Shown one piece after another: positions 1 to 11,267 of a DNA stretch of 64,000 nt. Under the pieces are notes generated by a model. That model was not told the origin of the DNA. It saw nothing but the letters and a program-made list of their open reading frames with translations, and made no database searches. The stretch spans positions 3,534,001-3,598,000 of the forward strand of contig CM039002.1 in NCBI GenBank assembly GCA_017499595.2, given 5' to 3'. Made by a program: the position numbers and the translations under genes. Each line of letters begins with the position of its first letter. Within the stretch, counting starts at the first letter, position 1. The stretch is from Psilocybe cubensis. Lineage: Eukaryota.

Positions 1-746
1 CACTCCTTTGAACGGAAAACCCTGCATTCCAACCCGAAAACATCACTTCTCCTAAATCTTGAAAAACAGGGACCTACATGTCTACTAAATCTACAATAAA
101 TCTATGCGTTTCTGCTGCTGCTTCGTCTTTCCGACACCCTATTCTCCACATTAACATTGTTCCTGAGGTGATTTTCTTGCATACTATGCACTCTCGGAGG
201 CTGGAGCCTCTTCGACGTGTGCTCTAGTCCGGTTTTGCAATCTTTTGACTTTTTCAGGATGTTTGGAGGAGTTGTATGGTGTAACTTGAGGCTCTGTCGT
301 TGCTCTTTCAGATCTCCTTTTCCGGTGTTCCAATACTTCCCCTATCCTGTGCCATGGGGTCCCCATCTTCAATACTCTGCTTGTTCCATATGACCCACCC
401 AAATCCGCTTCCTCATTGCTCGACATCGATTAAACTACGCGGCCCGGAGGTGTTATATCGTCACGATCGAAGCCCATATCACATTCTTGGTCCCCCTCGG
501 CGTTGAGGAGCAGTTAATTGCATGCTCCGGTGAGCTCTTCTGGTGCTTCATCCTTCTATACATATAACTCCAACGACTTCCAAACAGTCTATGCACATTC
601 AAGTAGGGTGGTTATGAACCGCCATTCTGAACCGTAGTTGAAAGCCACCGGCACCGGGAAAGCTTATTGTATGATTTTTATTTTTTTGCGCTTTACTACA
701 ATTTACAATTTGCACTGGATAGATAAGAATACATGATATATCTGAA

Positions 747-1108
747 TTAGGAAGAGGCAACGGGAGTTGGGTAGACGAGGTTGGTCGCGGTTTGCCTGGA
801 GTAGATGATGTTTGTCAGAATTCACCGAGATTTTAGACGACGTTACGCAGACTCACGTCCAGAGGAATGTTTCTGTCTCCGTCAACCAGTATGGTGAATA
901 TGTGACAATCGTGTTATACACTTTGGTGCCCGTGAACGTGAAGGTTTGTGTCGTGAGTGTTGGCTTCAAAGCGTCATTCTTTTCTGGGATCTGATTGCGG
1001 TACGTCAGACGAATCACACTATCCCGGGAGCTGCTGACATACAGGGGATGCATGCACTGAAAGCGAGACGAGGGCGAGGAGAGTGAATGGTTTGAACGTA
1101 AAATGCAT
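747..1108 (-). CDS. Small secreted Thr-rich protein (~80 aa, 2 introns), unknown function
   Basis: Manual splicing of two GT-AG introns gives MHFTFKPFTLLALVSLSVHASP|IPEKNDALKPTLTTQTFTFTGTKVYNTIVTYSPYWLTETETFLWT|QTATNLVYPTPVASS*. The N-terminus looks like a signal peptide. Confidence 0.75.
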
Positions 1109-2807
1109 AATAGATGGAAGAGGAAAGGTAAGCTTTACTGCCTACGATCAAAGGAAGAGAAAAGGGTATGTTTGTCTGAGATTGTGTCTGAGTGCGTCTT
1201 GGGGTTCGCGAAATTCGGTCCTTCTTATATCAACGATCGATGTGAATATGGTGGATGAATGGCTTGCAGCCTTACCTAGTTCTAACGCTCGGCGATCCGG
1301 TCTTGCAGGGCAACATTGGGGCCGCGGATCCGTACCACGCAATTACTCTTGGTCTAATTGGAGTGCTCACGCGACATTTCTATATTCAAGAGTCGGTGAA
1401 TAGCGATGGGACTATAATGACGCATGGTGTTTTCTCGGAATTTGTTGGTACTCGTTACTGAGAATGACACCATTTGGTGTTGTCGCGATTGTGCTGTGAA
1501 ACACTGCAGCGGAAAAATAAGTGCTTGATCAGGGGGTTTTATTTATGTCGAAAGTCCACTCACGAGGTATGACACGTAGAATCGTTATACCGAATGTTTT
1601 CTGACTTCACGGCGTTGACTGTGCTGCTGGCCGTTAGGCGTCACCGACCAGTTGAATTGGGGCTAAAATAGTCTTGGGCTGGAGAAAGAGGCTAGACGAG
1701 AAGCAAACTTGGCTCGGTTTTATTAGAGTTAATGTGTTCTATTCTCCAAAGCGTCTAATTTTACTCACAGTCCCAAGAACTTCAGAAGAGGATACTCAGC
1801 AATCCTCGTAAAATCACCTATGTAATTGATTTCTTGCCTTTCAAACTCCAGTAATAATCTATGATGATTCATAAGCATTCCTAGCGAAGCCTCGCATTAC
1901 ACCTGAAGCTGCCCTTAAGAAGCCCACTTAACCATGCAAACCGCGTAAAATATCTATCGAATATTCTTGGCCAGTCCTGCCCAGATTGTATAATGTATGT
2001 AAATATGGTGGGGCGTGGGATGTTATGGCCGAATAGAATATCTCAACAACCTAGCATAAATGCCGCACAACGAGTTCGGTCGGATTATCATATGACACGA
2101 CCGCGTGGGTCCCGGTCCACTTCACTCTACAACTCAAGTTCTGGTGTAAAGACTTGCGCCGGATTCAGATCAACAGTATCATAGACATATTACATCCATT
2201 AGCGAAGCAACCTAATGACCAGAGTATCTGAATCATAGTATAATCGAAGTGTTGAGTATTCCCTCGCATTTCGAGTTGGTTGCACCATCCAAATCTGCGA
2301 GTGACAGTGTCTTGCACAGCGTGTCCACACGCGCACAGATTTTGGTGGTGTTCCGCACCCAAACCCTGATATCATTGACATCAGGTTACTAGCCATATAC
2401 CATCATTACTTACTCACTCTCCTTGGCATATCTACACGTAACGCAAGATCCTCTTGCTCCTCATCTCTGTTCACCAGCTAAAGACACATAGTATTATTTT
2501 ATCTCCATTTCAATTCAAGGTCTCGGTCAGACCCTACATTTGCACCTGAATTCTCATTCCTTTGACGCAGCTGTGGACATCAGATCGCTTATTCTCTCCG
2601 AGGTAATGCTGAAGAAAAAAATCAGGGATAAACATAAACAAAGGCATAAATTGCATATCTGAGTGAGCATGTACAGCTCATACATATGGCCTAACTCTAT
2701 GTCCTTTCTATTTTCTGTTCATATAGCTCTATGCAATTGCCTGTAATTTATTAATCAGGATATCGTAGTTTGTTGAGGGAGTATCCTCACATTGTCATGG
2801 CAAATAT

Positions 2808-3002
2808 TTAATTTGCGTCAGATCCAGATCCGGGGCATGGATCGACGATACAAACAATATGACTTTCCTCTACAAAGAGCATGAGCATCAACACTGAGAA
2901 GAAGGAGAAATCTAGCAAACCAGCAGGGGTAGGAGCCGCCAAAGTGAGTTGTGCGAACATCACGAGTCCTGCAAGAATGAGTGCTTTGAGAGTGAATTTC
3001 AT
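2808..3002 (-). CDS. Tiny secreted peptide precursor (47 aa), HIxCxxxPCP family copy 1
   Basis: ATG 3002 and a 51-nt phase-1 intron (2870-2920, GTTTGC...TTTGTAG) give MKFTLKALILAGLVMFAQLTLAAPTPAEESHIVCIVDPCPGSGSDAN*. TATAAA lies ~60 nt upstream; a paralog is at 39060-39323. Confidence 0.75.
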   Translation of the reverse strand: MKFTLKALILAGLVMFAQLTLAAPTPAGLLDFSFFSVLMLMLFVEESHIVCIVDPCPGSGSDAN

Positions 3003-3119
3003 ACTGCAATGGGTGATGATAGAAATTTTCAACGTGTATTCTTATTTTTTGGGAGTTCCGACTTTATATCGTTCTCTTGGGCCTAAAAATACAATTTGCG
3101 AGCTTCCGCGAGCTTACCT

Positions 3120-3185
3120 GGGACCGCGCAGTCTGTCATTCTCTCCTGTCATCGCGTGAACACACTGTCTGTTGACACTGGCTTT
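3120..3185. promoter_or_regulatory. Upstream motifs shared by the two HIxCxxxPCP peptide genes
   Basis: GGGACCGCGCA(gt)CTGTCAT at 3120 and TGACACTGGCTTT at 3173 recur upstream of the paralog (39464, 39492) in otherwise dissimilar DNA. Confidence 0.5.
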
Positions 3186-5484
3186 TGTTCAAACTATTCT
3201 AAACTGGGAAGTTTACTAATAAATTAGTAGCATACATATCACGCTGGAATGAATGGTGTTGATTAGCTTGTTCTTCAATGGTATCGTATGTATATGATCT
3301 GAAGCTCTTCAGGTCGATTTCAGGACAAAGAGCCCAACATGTCAGGGCACGTCAAAACATGCCTTTGACAGCGAACTGTCATATGATCAATACTGAAGTA
3401 AAGCCAGTGGGCGGTTTGTCGGTGTTTAAATTCTACCACTGATAGCGTCGTTCAGAATAAACCAATACATCGCTAATATATCCATGGAGATTAGATTGAG
3501 GCAATCCCTCATGGAGAATGCTAGAAATTCATTGAACTGCATTTGAACTGCATGGTAGTCAAAAGCTTCCAGCGCACACCTGATGATAAAGTCATCTCAA
3601 ACTTCTAACAGTCTGAGAGAGCCGACTTTTCCCATTCATATTTATGGATACATTTATCTCTGTCCGAGTAGAAATAAGACGAATTATAACTTGGTGATGG
3701 CACTAAGACTGAGTGCCAACAACAAACTTGAACCCCACAGTTTGCCCACAGTCACGATATACCGTGGAAATGTTGCGACATGCTGTGACAAATTTGGCTC
3801 GTGGCTGTGCAGCTTCTTCTTCCTCTCTCTGCGATCACCAGGACCATCCAACGTTCGGCTTTGCAACTATAAGGTGTTGTTAACATCGCCAAACTGCTAA
3901 AACAAGTCTGTTAATCCCACCTTAACAAAATTTTCCCTCAAGGTAGTCAGAATGATGCCGTTCGCAAGTATAACACACCCTTTCTTGCTGCACAGAGCCT
4001 AGAACATCGAGGCGCGATGGGTTGATGGAATCGTTCGTGATGAAGTTAATGCGCTATTGAAGGATATTAGTAACTATACAGTGAGTACTGTACCTCAGTT
4101 CCTCTTCGTTTCTCACAGATGAGAGTTGTACCCCTGAGTAGGACATCGTACACTCATGAGCTGCCTCAACTGCGAAGAAACAACGCGACTTGTAACCACA
4201 CTGCTTCGCCGACTTGGGCAAACAGCCGTACGATATATCGATACCGCCGAACCCGAAAAGGAATGACAGCTGGGAGCCCTATTGAGCATACCTCACCCAA
4301 ACAGTTCCTTCCTGAAACAAAGCCTTTATTCCCAACGGCCAGTGGAATTATAGACCCATTCAGTGCGTGCCAAAATCAGTTGAAATTTTCTGGAGGATGT
4401 GAATTAAAGATTTAGGTTGACAGTATGTCGGTGCCATGGTCCTCCCCGACGCAACAGATTAGCAACTGATCTTTGCAACAGAGTCGCGAAATGGGGTTCC
4501 CTCCATTGTATCCCTTACTCGTGACCGTAAGACTCATTGAATCTGATTTTCTCCCCAAAATGACCTGATAGTTATACACCATTTTTGGCAGATCTAATTG
4601 GAATTTCTTAGCATTTTGCGTTTCAGAATCGCATATATATGCAAGATGGCTGCTTGCATCAACCAGAGTCACGAGTCTCCTACGAATCCAACGTTATCTT
4701 CTGTACATGAACGTACAATGCCTATTACAAGGGTTCCTTGAATGGTGTATTACCTGAAGAAGTTGAGAATCCAGCTTTCTTCGTCCACTTTCTCGAATTC
4801 ACTGTTCCTGTCAAATGCGAGTTCCCAGATTACTTGCATCTGGTACAACGCCCCGAAGATGGTGTATATCTTACAAATGCCGCCTTGGAGTCCCTCATTA
4901 ATTTGAAATTAACACGATGCACTTGCGACGATCATGAGCGGGGTTACTTCAGGCGAGGATACTTATGGGTTTGTAGATGGTAACTGCATATTTAGTGTCC
5001 TTGCATTCCCGCATCTGGACTCTGGATGCTCGAGATCACAGCTGTTGAGCGGAAATTTTTGTCTTCATCGACATATATTTTAGACGTTTCCTTTGGAAGA
5101 TGGACAACTATATGATAAAGACAAGTACGTAAGCATTTGTCGAAGTAAACATCACTTTTCTGACCTATTTTTCTACCAGATCACACTCCTGTCAACAATT
5201 GTATCCCCGTTCAATTTAACTGCTCCATGATTGCAATGATCCCATGTCTATCTTAAGGCCTGGATAGTCTAACCCATTCTGTCTAGTGTTTCAAAAACGG
5301 GCTGCTTCGTGTTCGCAAGCCATTCGCATCACCGATTTGTGGCTCCAGTCCTTGACCTTAGGTTTATGGACTTTTCTCATATCATTCAAGGCAGTATGAT
5401 GATCAGAAGAACTGCCTTTGTTGCTAGGTTCCAGTTAACGGTTAAATACACGGCCTATAATATTTAGAAAGCCCTTCCAATATC

Positions 5485-8400
5485 ATGCCAAATCATATCG
5501 GTACGTGGATATAGTGTCCAGCGCATTACTCTCTTCTGACTCTATTTAGAGGTTTCTGCGTTTGTCGTCTGTCTGTTTTGGGTACGATGGGCATTTGCCT
5601 GTACGTCATTGGCACACATTTACAGAAATTCTCGAAGTAATATTTATTATAGCACCTACACTATCTGCTTTAACGGTCGAAAACCGGGTTGAACCACTAG
5701 GAGTCGATGTAAATCCTAGGTTCTCATGGATTATATCCTCGGCGATGAATAATGATGTCCAAAAGTCATATCGCTTGCGAGTTTCAGCTGTAACAACGCC
5801 AGTGGAAAGTCCACTCTGGGATACAGGAATCATTTCTTCGAAAAGGTCTTACCTGATTGAATACGGTGGGGCCGCTCTGGTGTCCGATACCCAGTACACA
5901 TGGACCGTCGAAGTCACGACCGCTTCAGGAAGCGCCTCTGCATCATCTTCGTTTTCCACGGGCCTACTGACTAATAATGACTGGGGATCCAGCTTATGGA
6001 TTGGTAAACCAACAGTTGGAAATAACGACAGCACACCCCCGGACTTGGTTTCATCGTTTCAAAACTCGTCATGGATATGGACTTCTGAGACTAATCCACC
6101 AAATGCACCCGCTGGCGACAGAGTTTTCCGACGTACCTATGTTCCTCCACCTGGACGACGTGTTATGTCTGCCGATATCTTAATAACGGCAGATGACCAG
6201 TTTACAATGTATGCTGATGGCACATTCGTTGGATCCTCTTCTACGATTGCAGATGTCTGGAAGGACGCACGGTTTTTCTCTATCCCCTTGTCATCTGATA
6301 CTCCCTCGTTTGCGGTACATGCCACCAACCTTCCTGATGTGGGCACAGGTGGAGACAGTCCTGCAGGGCTGCTAACGTCAATTAAAATTCATCTCGACAA
6401 CGGTAATTCGGAATTTGTGACCACTGATTCCAGCTGGTTATCAAACAAATTAGTTCCAAGTGATTGGAACGCGGCGAATGCATCGACCACAGGATGGTCC
6501 TCTTCTAATGTTCTAGCGCCATATGGACAAGGACCATGGACAAATCAAGTTGCAATTCCCACTTCGGTATCTGTACTTGCACTATCGTTCGCTCAGTCAA
6601 ATTGGATATGGTCATCCGAAAGTGATCCCCTCCTGGCTCCACCTGGATCACGAGCATTTCGCAAAACGTTTACAGCACCTAGCGGTAAGACACTACAATC
6701 CGCGACAATCCTGATATCAGTGGACAACGAATTTAAATTGTATGTGAATGGCGGCCTCGTTGGAGTATCACCGAATGGCACAGATTGGACATTAGCGCAA
6801 AAGTTTATTGTTGACCTCACCGGCGCTTCGGCTGTTTTTGCAGTCCTAGCAAACAATCTGCCGGACCAAACCACTGGGGGTGCTAATCCAGCCGGCCTCC
6901 TAAGCACCATTCAGATTGAGCTTACTGATGGCTCGACACAGACCTTGGTATCTGATAGTACATGGCGAGTTGATTCAACAATTCCCGATGGATTCGAGCT
7001 TCCTTCCACAGATGATTCATCTTGGCCATCTGCAAACTCAATTGGATTATATGGAATCCAACCATGGGGTACTCAAGTTACGATATCAGAGTCTCTCACT
7101 GAACATCCCGCGCCACTTTTACGCAAAGAATTCACACTCTCCAAGCCCATTTCTATTGCGCGGCTGTATTACGCTGCTGGGGGTTATGCAAGCATTACAA
7201 TCAACGGCGCCCCAGCCTCCGATCATGTCTTAACTCCAGGATTCACCAAGTATGATACCGAACTTCAATATGTGTCTCTCGACGTCACTTCCCTTCTCAA
7301 CTCCGGCACAAATGCGATTGGAACAGAGCTCGGCAGGAGTCACTATGGTGTAACCCAGGAAAACCTTTGGAATTGGAATTTTGCGCCATGGCACGGCGAA
7401 CCACGGGTTCGCATGGTGCTTTCCATTAGCTTCACGGATGGGACATCGTTCAAGGTTGTAACAGATGATACGTGGCAGGTCATTGAAGGTCCCACGCGCC
7501 TGGATGATATATTTGGAGGGGAAAATTTTGATGGTGAGTTTTTCATCTGACTACCCGTGTTGGTATCGCTCTAATAGCCCATATTTTGCCAGCAAGCTAT
7601 ATACAGAATGGATTTGACTCACCTGGATTCAACGCGTCTGCATGGGGTAGAGCATCGATAATGCCGGATCCGTTAGGGGTCCTAGTTAGCCAAAACCAAC
7701 CCCCCACGCGCCTGATACAGAGTTTGAATCCCACGGATATCACACAACCACAGCCAGGGATCTTCGTGGCCCATTATGAGCGTGTGGTATCGGGGTGGGT
7801 TAAATTGACAGCGTCTGGGTCTGCAAAAACGCTTATCACGATCCATTTTGGAGAGAAATTAAATGTGAGTTGCACGATTGTGTTTAGGTGGCCGAACTTA
7901 AACACCCTGACTTACCCATGAACTTAGTCAGATGGGACTGTCAATTTCCAGGATACACAACACAACTTTGCAAACAACTTCCAAACAGGTGCGTACTGCT
8001 GCTGGTTACCACACTAAAGCGCCTCATTCACCCTCCGAAGATCGATTTTGGCTCGCAGGCACGGGTTCCCCAGAAACATTTGAACCGAAATTTAGTTACA
8101 AAGGATACCAGTACGTCCAAATCGAAGGATGGCCTATGAATTCCCCTCCACCGACACCCGCGGACATTATTGGACGTGTTGTCCACGATGACCTCACACT
8201 TCGGGGCGGGTTCCAATCCTCCAACGACCTTTTGAATAAAATGCACACAGCGGCTGTATTTACTCTTCTCAACAATGTCCACAGCATCCCCACCAATTGT
8301 CCTACTTTTGAAAAGAATGGTGGCACGGGTGATGCAATGCTCGGCACGGTAATTGCCATCTTCACTACTACTCATTATTCAATGGCTCATAAAGGACCAA

Positions 8401-9455
8401 CATTTGTGTGTCATTAGGAAATGTTTCTACTTAATCTTGAATCACAAGATCTTCTTGAAAAATATCTCAGAGATGTCGATGAAAGTCGCCCAAACGGATC
8501 GGGTCCTCCTGCAGTTATTGCTCCGGATAGCGGATGGGGAGCGAACAATCAAGCTCCGACATGGCAGTCTGTGTAATCAACATTCAGATGTAATATTATA
8601 CTTACCTTTACCATTTTAAGCTCTGTCTTAATCTTTATTCCGTGGTGGATATACCAGTATCGGGGCGACGAGAGAATTCTCTTGAATCATTACGACAGCA
8701 TGAAGAACTACGCCGATTTTGAACTTGGGCGTTCTATAAACAACATTGCTCAGACCTCATTTGGTGACTGGAATGCACCGGAGACAAGCCCCTTGGGAGG
8801 TAATCCACCGGAGGATTCTCGAGTATCCGCAACAGCCTTCTTGTACGTGTCCTTTTTCTCTGTGTCACAAGGCTATCACCAACAAATCACCTAGATATCA
8901 GATGCTAACCGTCATGGGTGAAATCGCTACAGTACTCAACAAGTCATCAGACGCGTCAACATTTTCGACTCAGGCACAGAATGTTAAGAGTGCATTCAAC
9001 AACGCTTTCTTAAACCCTACCACTGGATACTACACCGGCGTTGGAGATTCGGGATACCGTCAAACACATAACATTCTTGCCCTTGCATTTGGTCTTGCCC
9101 CTAATGCGAGTATTCAGAAAATCGCAGATAGTATATCTCAAAATATCTCCTCCATTGGAACACACCTCAATACAGGAGCACTTGGGACAAAATTCTTACT
9201 CCCCGTGCTAACTGACTTTGGCCACGGAGATACCGCGTTTGCTGTATCGCAACAAACAACATTTCCTAGTTGGGGATATTGGATTGAAAATGGCGCAACC
9301 ACTATGGTATGTTGTAAATTACTACATTTATGTTTCTGCTTACGCGATCGCAGTGGGAGCATTGGTTATTGACCGCTCGCTCTCATGATCATGTACGTTA
9401 TTGTACTTTCTCCTTCTTTGTATGGCACTTATTTGAATTTGATAACCCAGCTATT
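5485..9455 (+). CDS. GH78 alpha-L-rhamnosidase, 5' part (signal peptide, two CBM67-like repeats, catalytic barrel); interrupted by a LINE
   Basis: Motifs EPLGVDVNPRFSW, APLLRKEF, LTPGFTKYD, FEPKFSYKGYQYVQI, HSIPTNCPTFEKNGGTGDA, FGDWNAP, PSWGYWIENGATTM|WEHW, SHDH. Two tandem WIW..FR..PAGLL..YG.PW domains. Start modelled at ATG 5485 via two short introns, downstream of TATAA. Confidence 0.9.
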
Positions 9456-9635
9456 ACCGCTCCTTGATCCGCAACTACCACCTTCAGCACACTTCCCACG
9501 CACCTAGAGCGCAAGGGATTGGACTGGCAGGAGTATTAGCAGTCGAGTAGAGTAAAAACACACAAAAAACGTACCTAAAGTACCCCCCACTGATACCCAA
9601 AACCCAAAAACACCCACGCACATTAAAACTGTCAT

Positions 9636-11210
9636 ATGAACGTCAATACCGGCACCGCGCGTGTCAAAAAGACGGGCATGGGAAACTCAGCTACCCCGAG
9701 TCAAAGCGATCCTTCCACTGCCGACAGAAGCTCGAGGAGTAAAGGCACGGTGATCAACGAAGAACTCCAACAAGTCCAGGACGCGAAAGGAGGGAGAGCG
9801 ATGCTCGAGGACCACCAGCTACTCGTGCCAGCTGGCGCAGGACTGACGGCACATCGGGCCGCCGCCTGTCTATTTCAAATCTCGCAGATGTCAGCAAAAA
9901 TCCCACCGATAGTGATTCAAGCCATGCGAGGCCTGGCTTTTATGTTGGAAGAAATGGAGATACCCTTGGCGACCCAAACCTATCACGACGGCTTCGGAGA
10001 GGAGCTCGCGACCTTCACAAACGAAATAAAAGCCCTCGTCCAACATGCGCAGGACCAGGTCGATCAAAAACTCGAAGAAATAAACAAGGCCACCGCCGAT
10101 CTTATCAAATCGGCCGCGGGTAATCCGGGGCATCAAGCACCAAACGCAGGTACGTCCTACAGTCAGGCTCTATCAAAAGGGCTCTCTACGGTCAACCAAA
10201 TCCTAGTCCAGTCGAACGTCGCCACCAACCCTAGGGTACTCGCACGCCATGGCATCCGAGCAAGGCAGACAATGCTCGAGGGGATCGACAAGGAGGCCAA
10301 TATCAGCACGATGGGCGACAAGGAAGCGAAGGACTTGATTAACAAAATCCTACTGAAACTCGAGCCGGAAGGGTCAATACGCATCCGATCCGCAATCAAG
10401 CAGAGAAATGGCGGCCTGTTGATCGAGTTTGACGCTGACTACGGAGCGGCTTGGATGAGAGTGGAGGAGAACCGTCGAAATCTTTGCAAGGAAATTGGCA
10501 ACGACGTCACAACCAAAAAACGCACGTACGAGCTTATAGCGATGGGTGTTCGTCTCACCGCCGAACCCGACGATGACGACTTCTTGAGGGAAGTGGAGGA
10601 AACCAACAGGGTTGAGGAGGGAACAATAGTGGCCATGCGATGGGCCAAGAAGATCTCGAGGCGAACCGAAGGCCAGCAGAGTGCTCACATCATCCTTACG
10701 GTAAACGACGCAAGCGAGGCTAACAGACTAATTGCAATTGGAATGTACATAGCGAACAAACGGGTAAGAGTACAGAAGTGCCGAAACGACCCTATCAGGT
10801 GCCTCAAGTGCCAGGGATACAACCACTTCGCGAAGGAATGTACATCCAAGCAAGACATCTGCGGCCACTGCGGGAAGAAAGGTCATCGTACTCCGAACTG
10901 CGAGGAAACCAAAACGCACTGCGTATCCTGCGACGCTGACGACCACCCCAGCTACGACAGGAACTGCCCGGTATTCCTGAAGAAAGTACTCGAGAAGAAC
11001 GAACGAACCCCAGAAAACAGGCTCCCATTCATCCCTACGGACGAACCATGGACCTGGAGCGTTGACACCAACTCGGCACCTTCAACCTTCAAAGGCAAAG
11101 CGTTTGCACGAGGGCAGTCTCCCAGGTGGACGGTGGAACCCCCGACCAACGCGAAGCGTACGCCGCTCCAGACGCCCGAGCAGAGCCCGGAACCCGAACC
11201 CACTAAATGA
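9636..11210 (+). CDS. LINE ORF1 (gag-like nucleic-acid-binding protein)
   Basis: Intronless 524 aa with three zinc knuckles: CLKCQGYNHFAKEC, CGHCGKKGHRTPNC, CVSCDADDHPSYDRNC. Confidence 0.92.
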   Translation: MNVNTGTARVKKTGMGNSATPSQSDPSTADRSSRSKGTVINEELQQVQDAKGGRAMLEDHQLLVPAGAGLTAHRAAACLFQISQMSAKIPPIVIQAMRGLAFMLEEMEIPLATQTYHDGFGEELATFTNEIKALVQHAQDQVDQKLEEINKATADLIKSAAGNPGHQAPNAGTSYSQALSKGLSTVNQILVQSNVATNPRVLARHGIRARQTMLEGIDKEANISTMGDKEAKDLINKILLKLEPEGSIRIRSAIKQRNGGLLIEFDADYGAAWMRVEENRRNLCKEIGNDVTTKKRTYELIAMGVRLTAEPDDDDFLREVEETNRVEEGTIVAMRWAKKISRRTEGQQSAHIILTVNDASEANRLIAIGMYIANKRVRVQKCRNDPIRCLKCQGYNHFAKECTSKQDICGHCGKKGHRTPNCEETKTHCVSCDADDHPSYDRNCPVFLKKVLEKNERTPENRLPFIPTDEPWTWSVDTNSAPSTFKGKAFARGQSPRWTVEPPTNAKRTPLQTPEQSPEPEPTK

Positions 11211-11267
11211 ACGAGTAACGACGAGAGAGAGAAGACGCCGACGGCGCAAAGGAAAGACAACTAAGAG

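Noticed and set aside
184..540. Charged minus-strand ORF, possible gene end
   Set aside because: No convincing start or splice structure and no recognisable motif.
3300..5400. Short ORFs upstream of the rhamnosidase
   Set aside because: No consistent exon chain or family motif; possibly decayed sequence.
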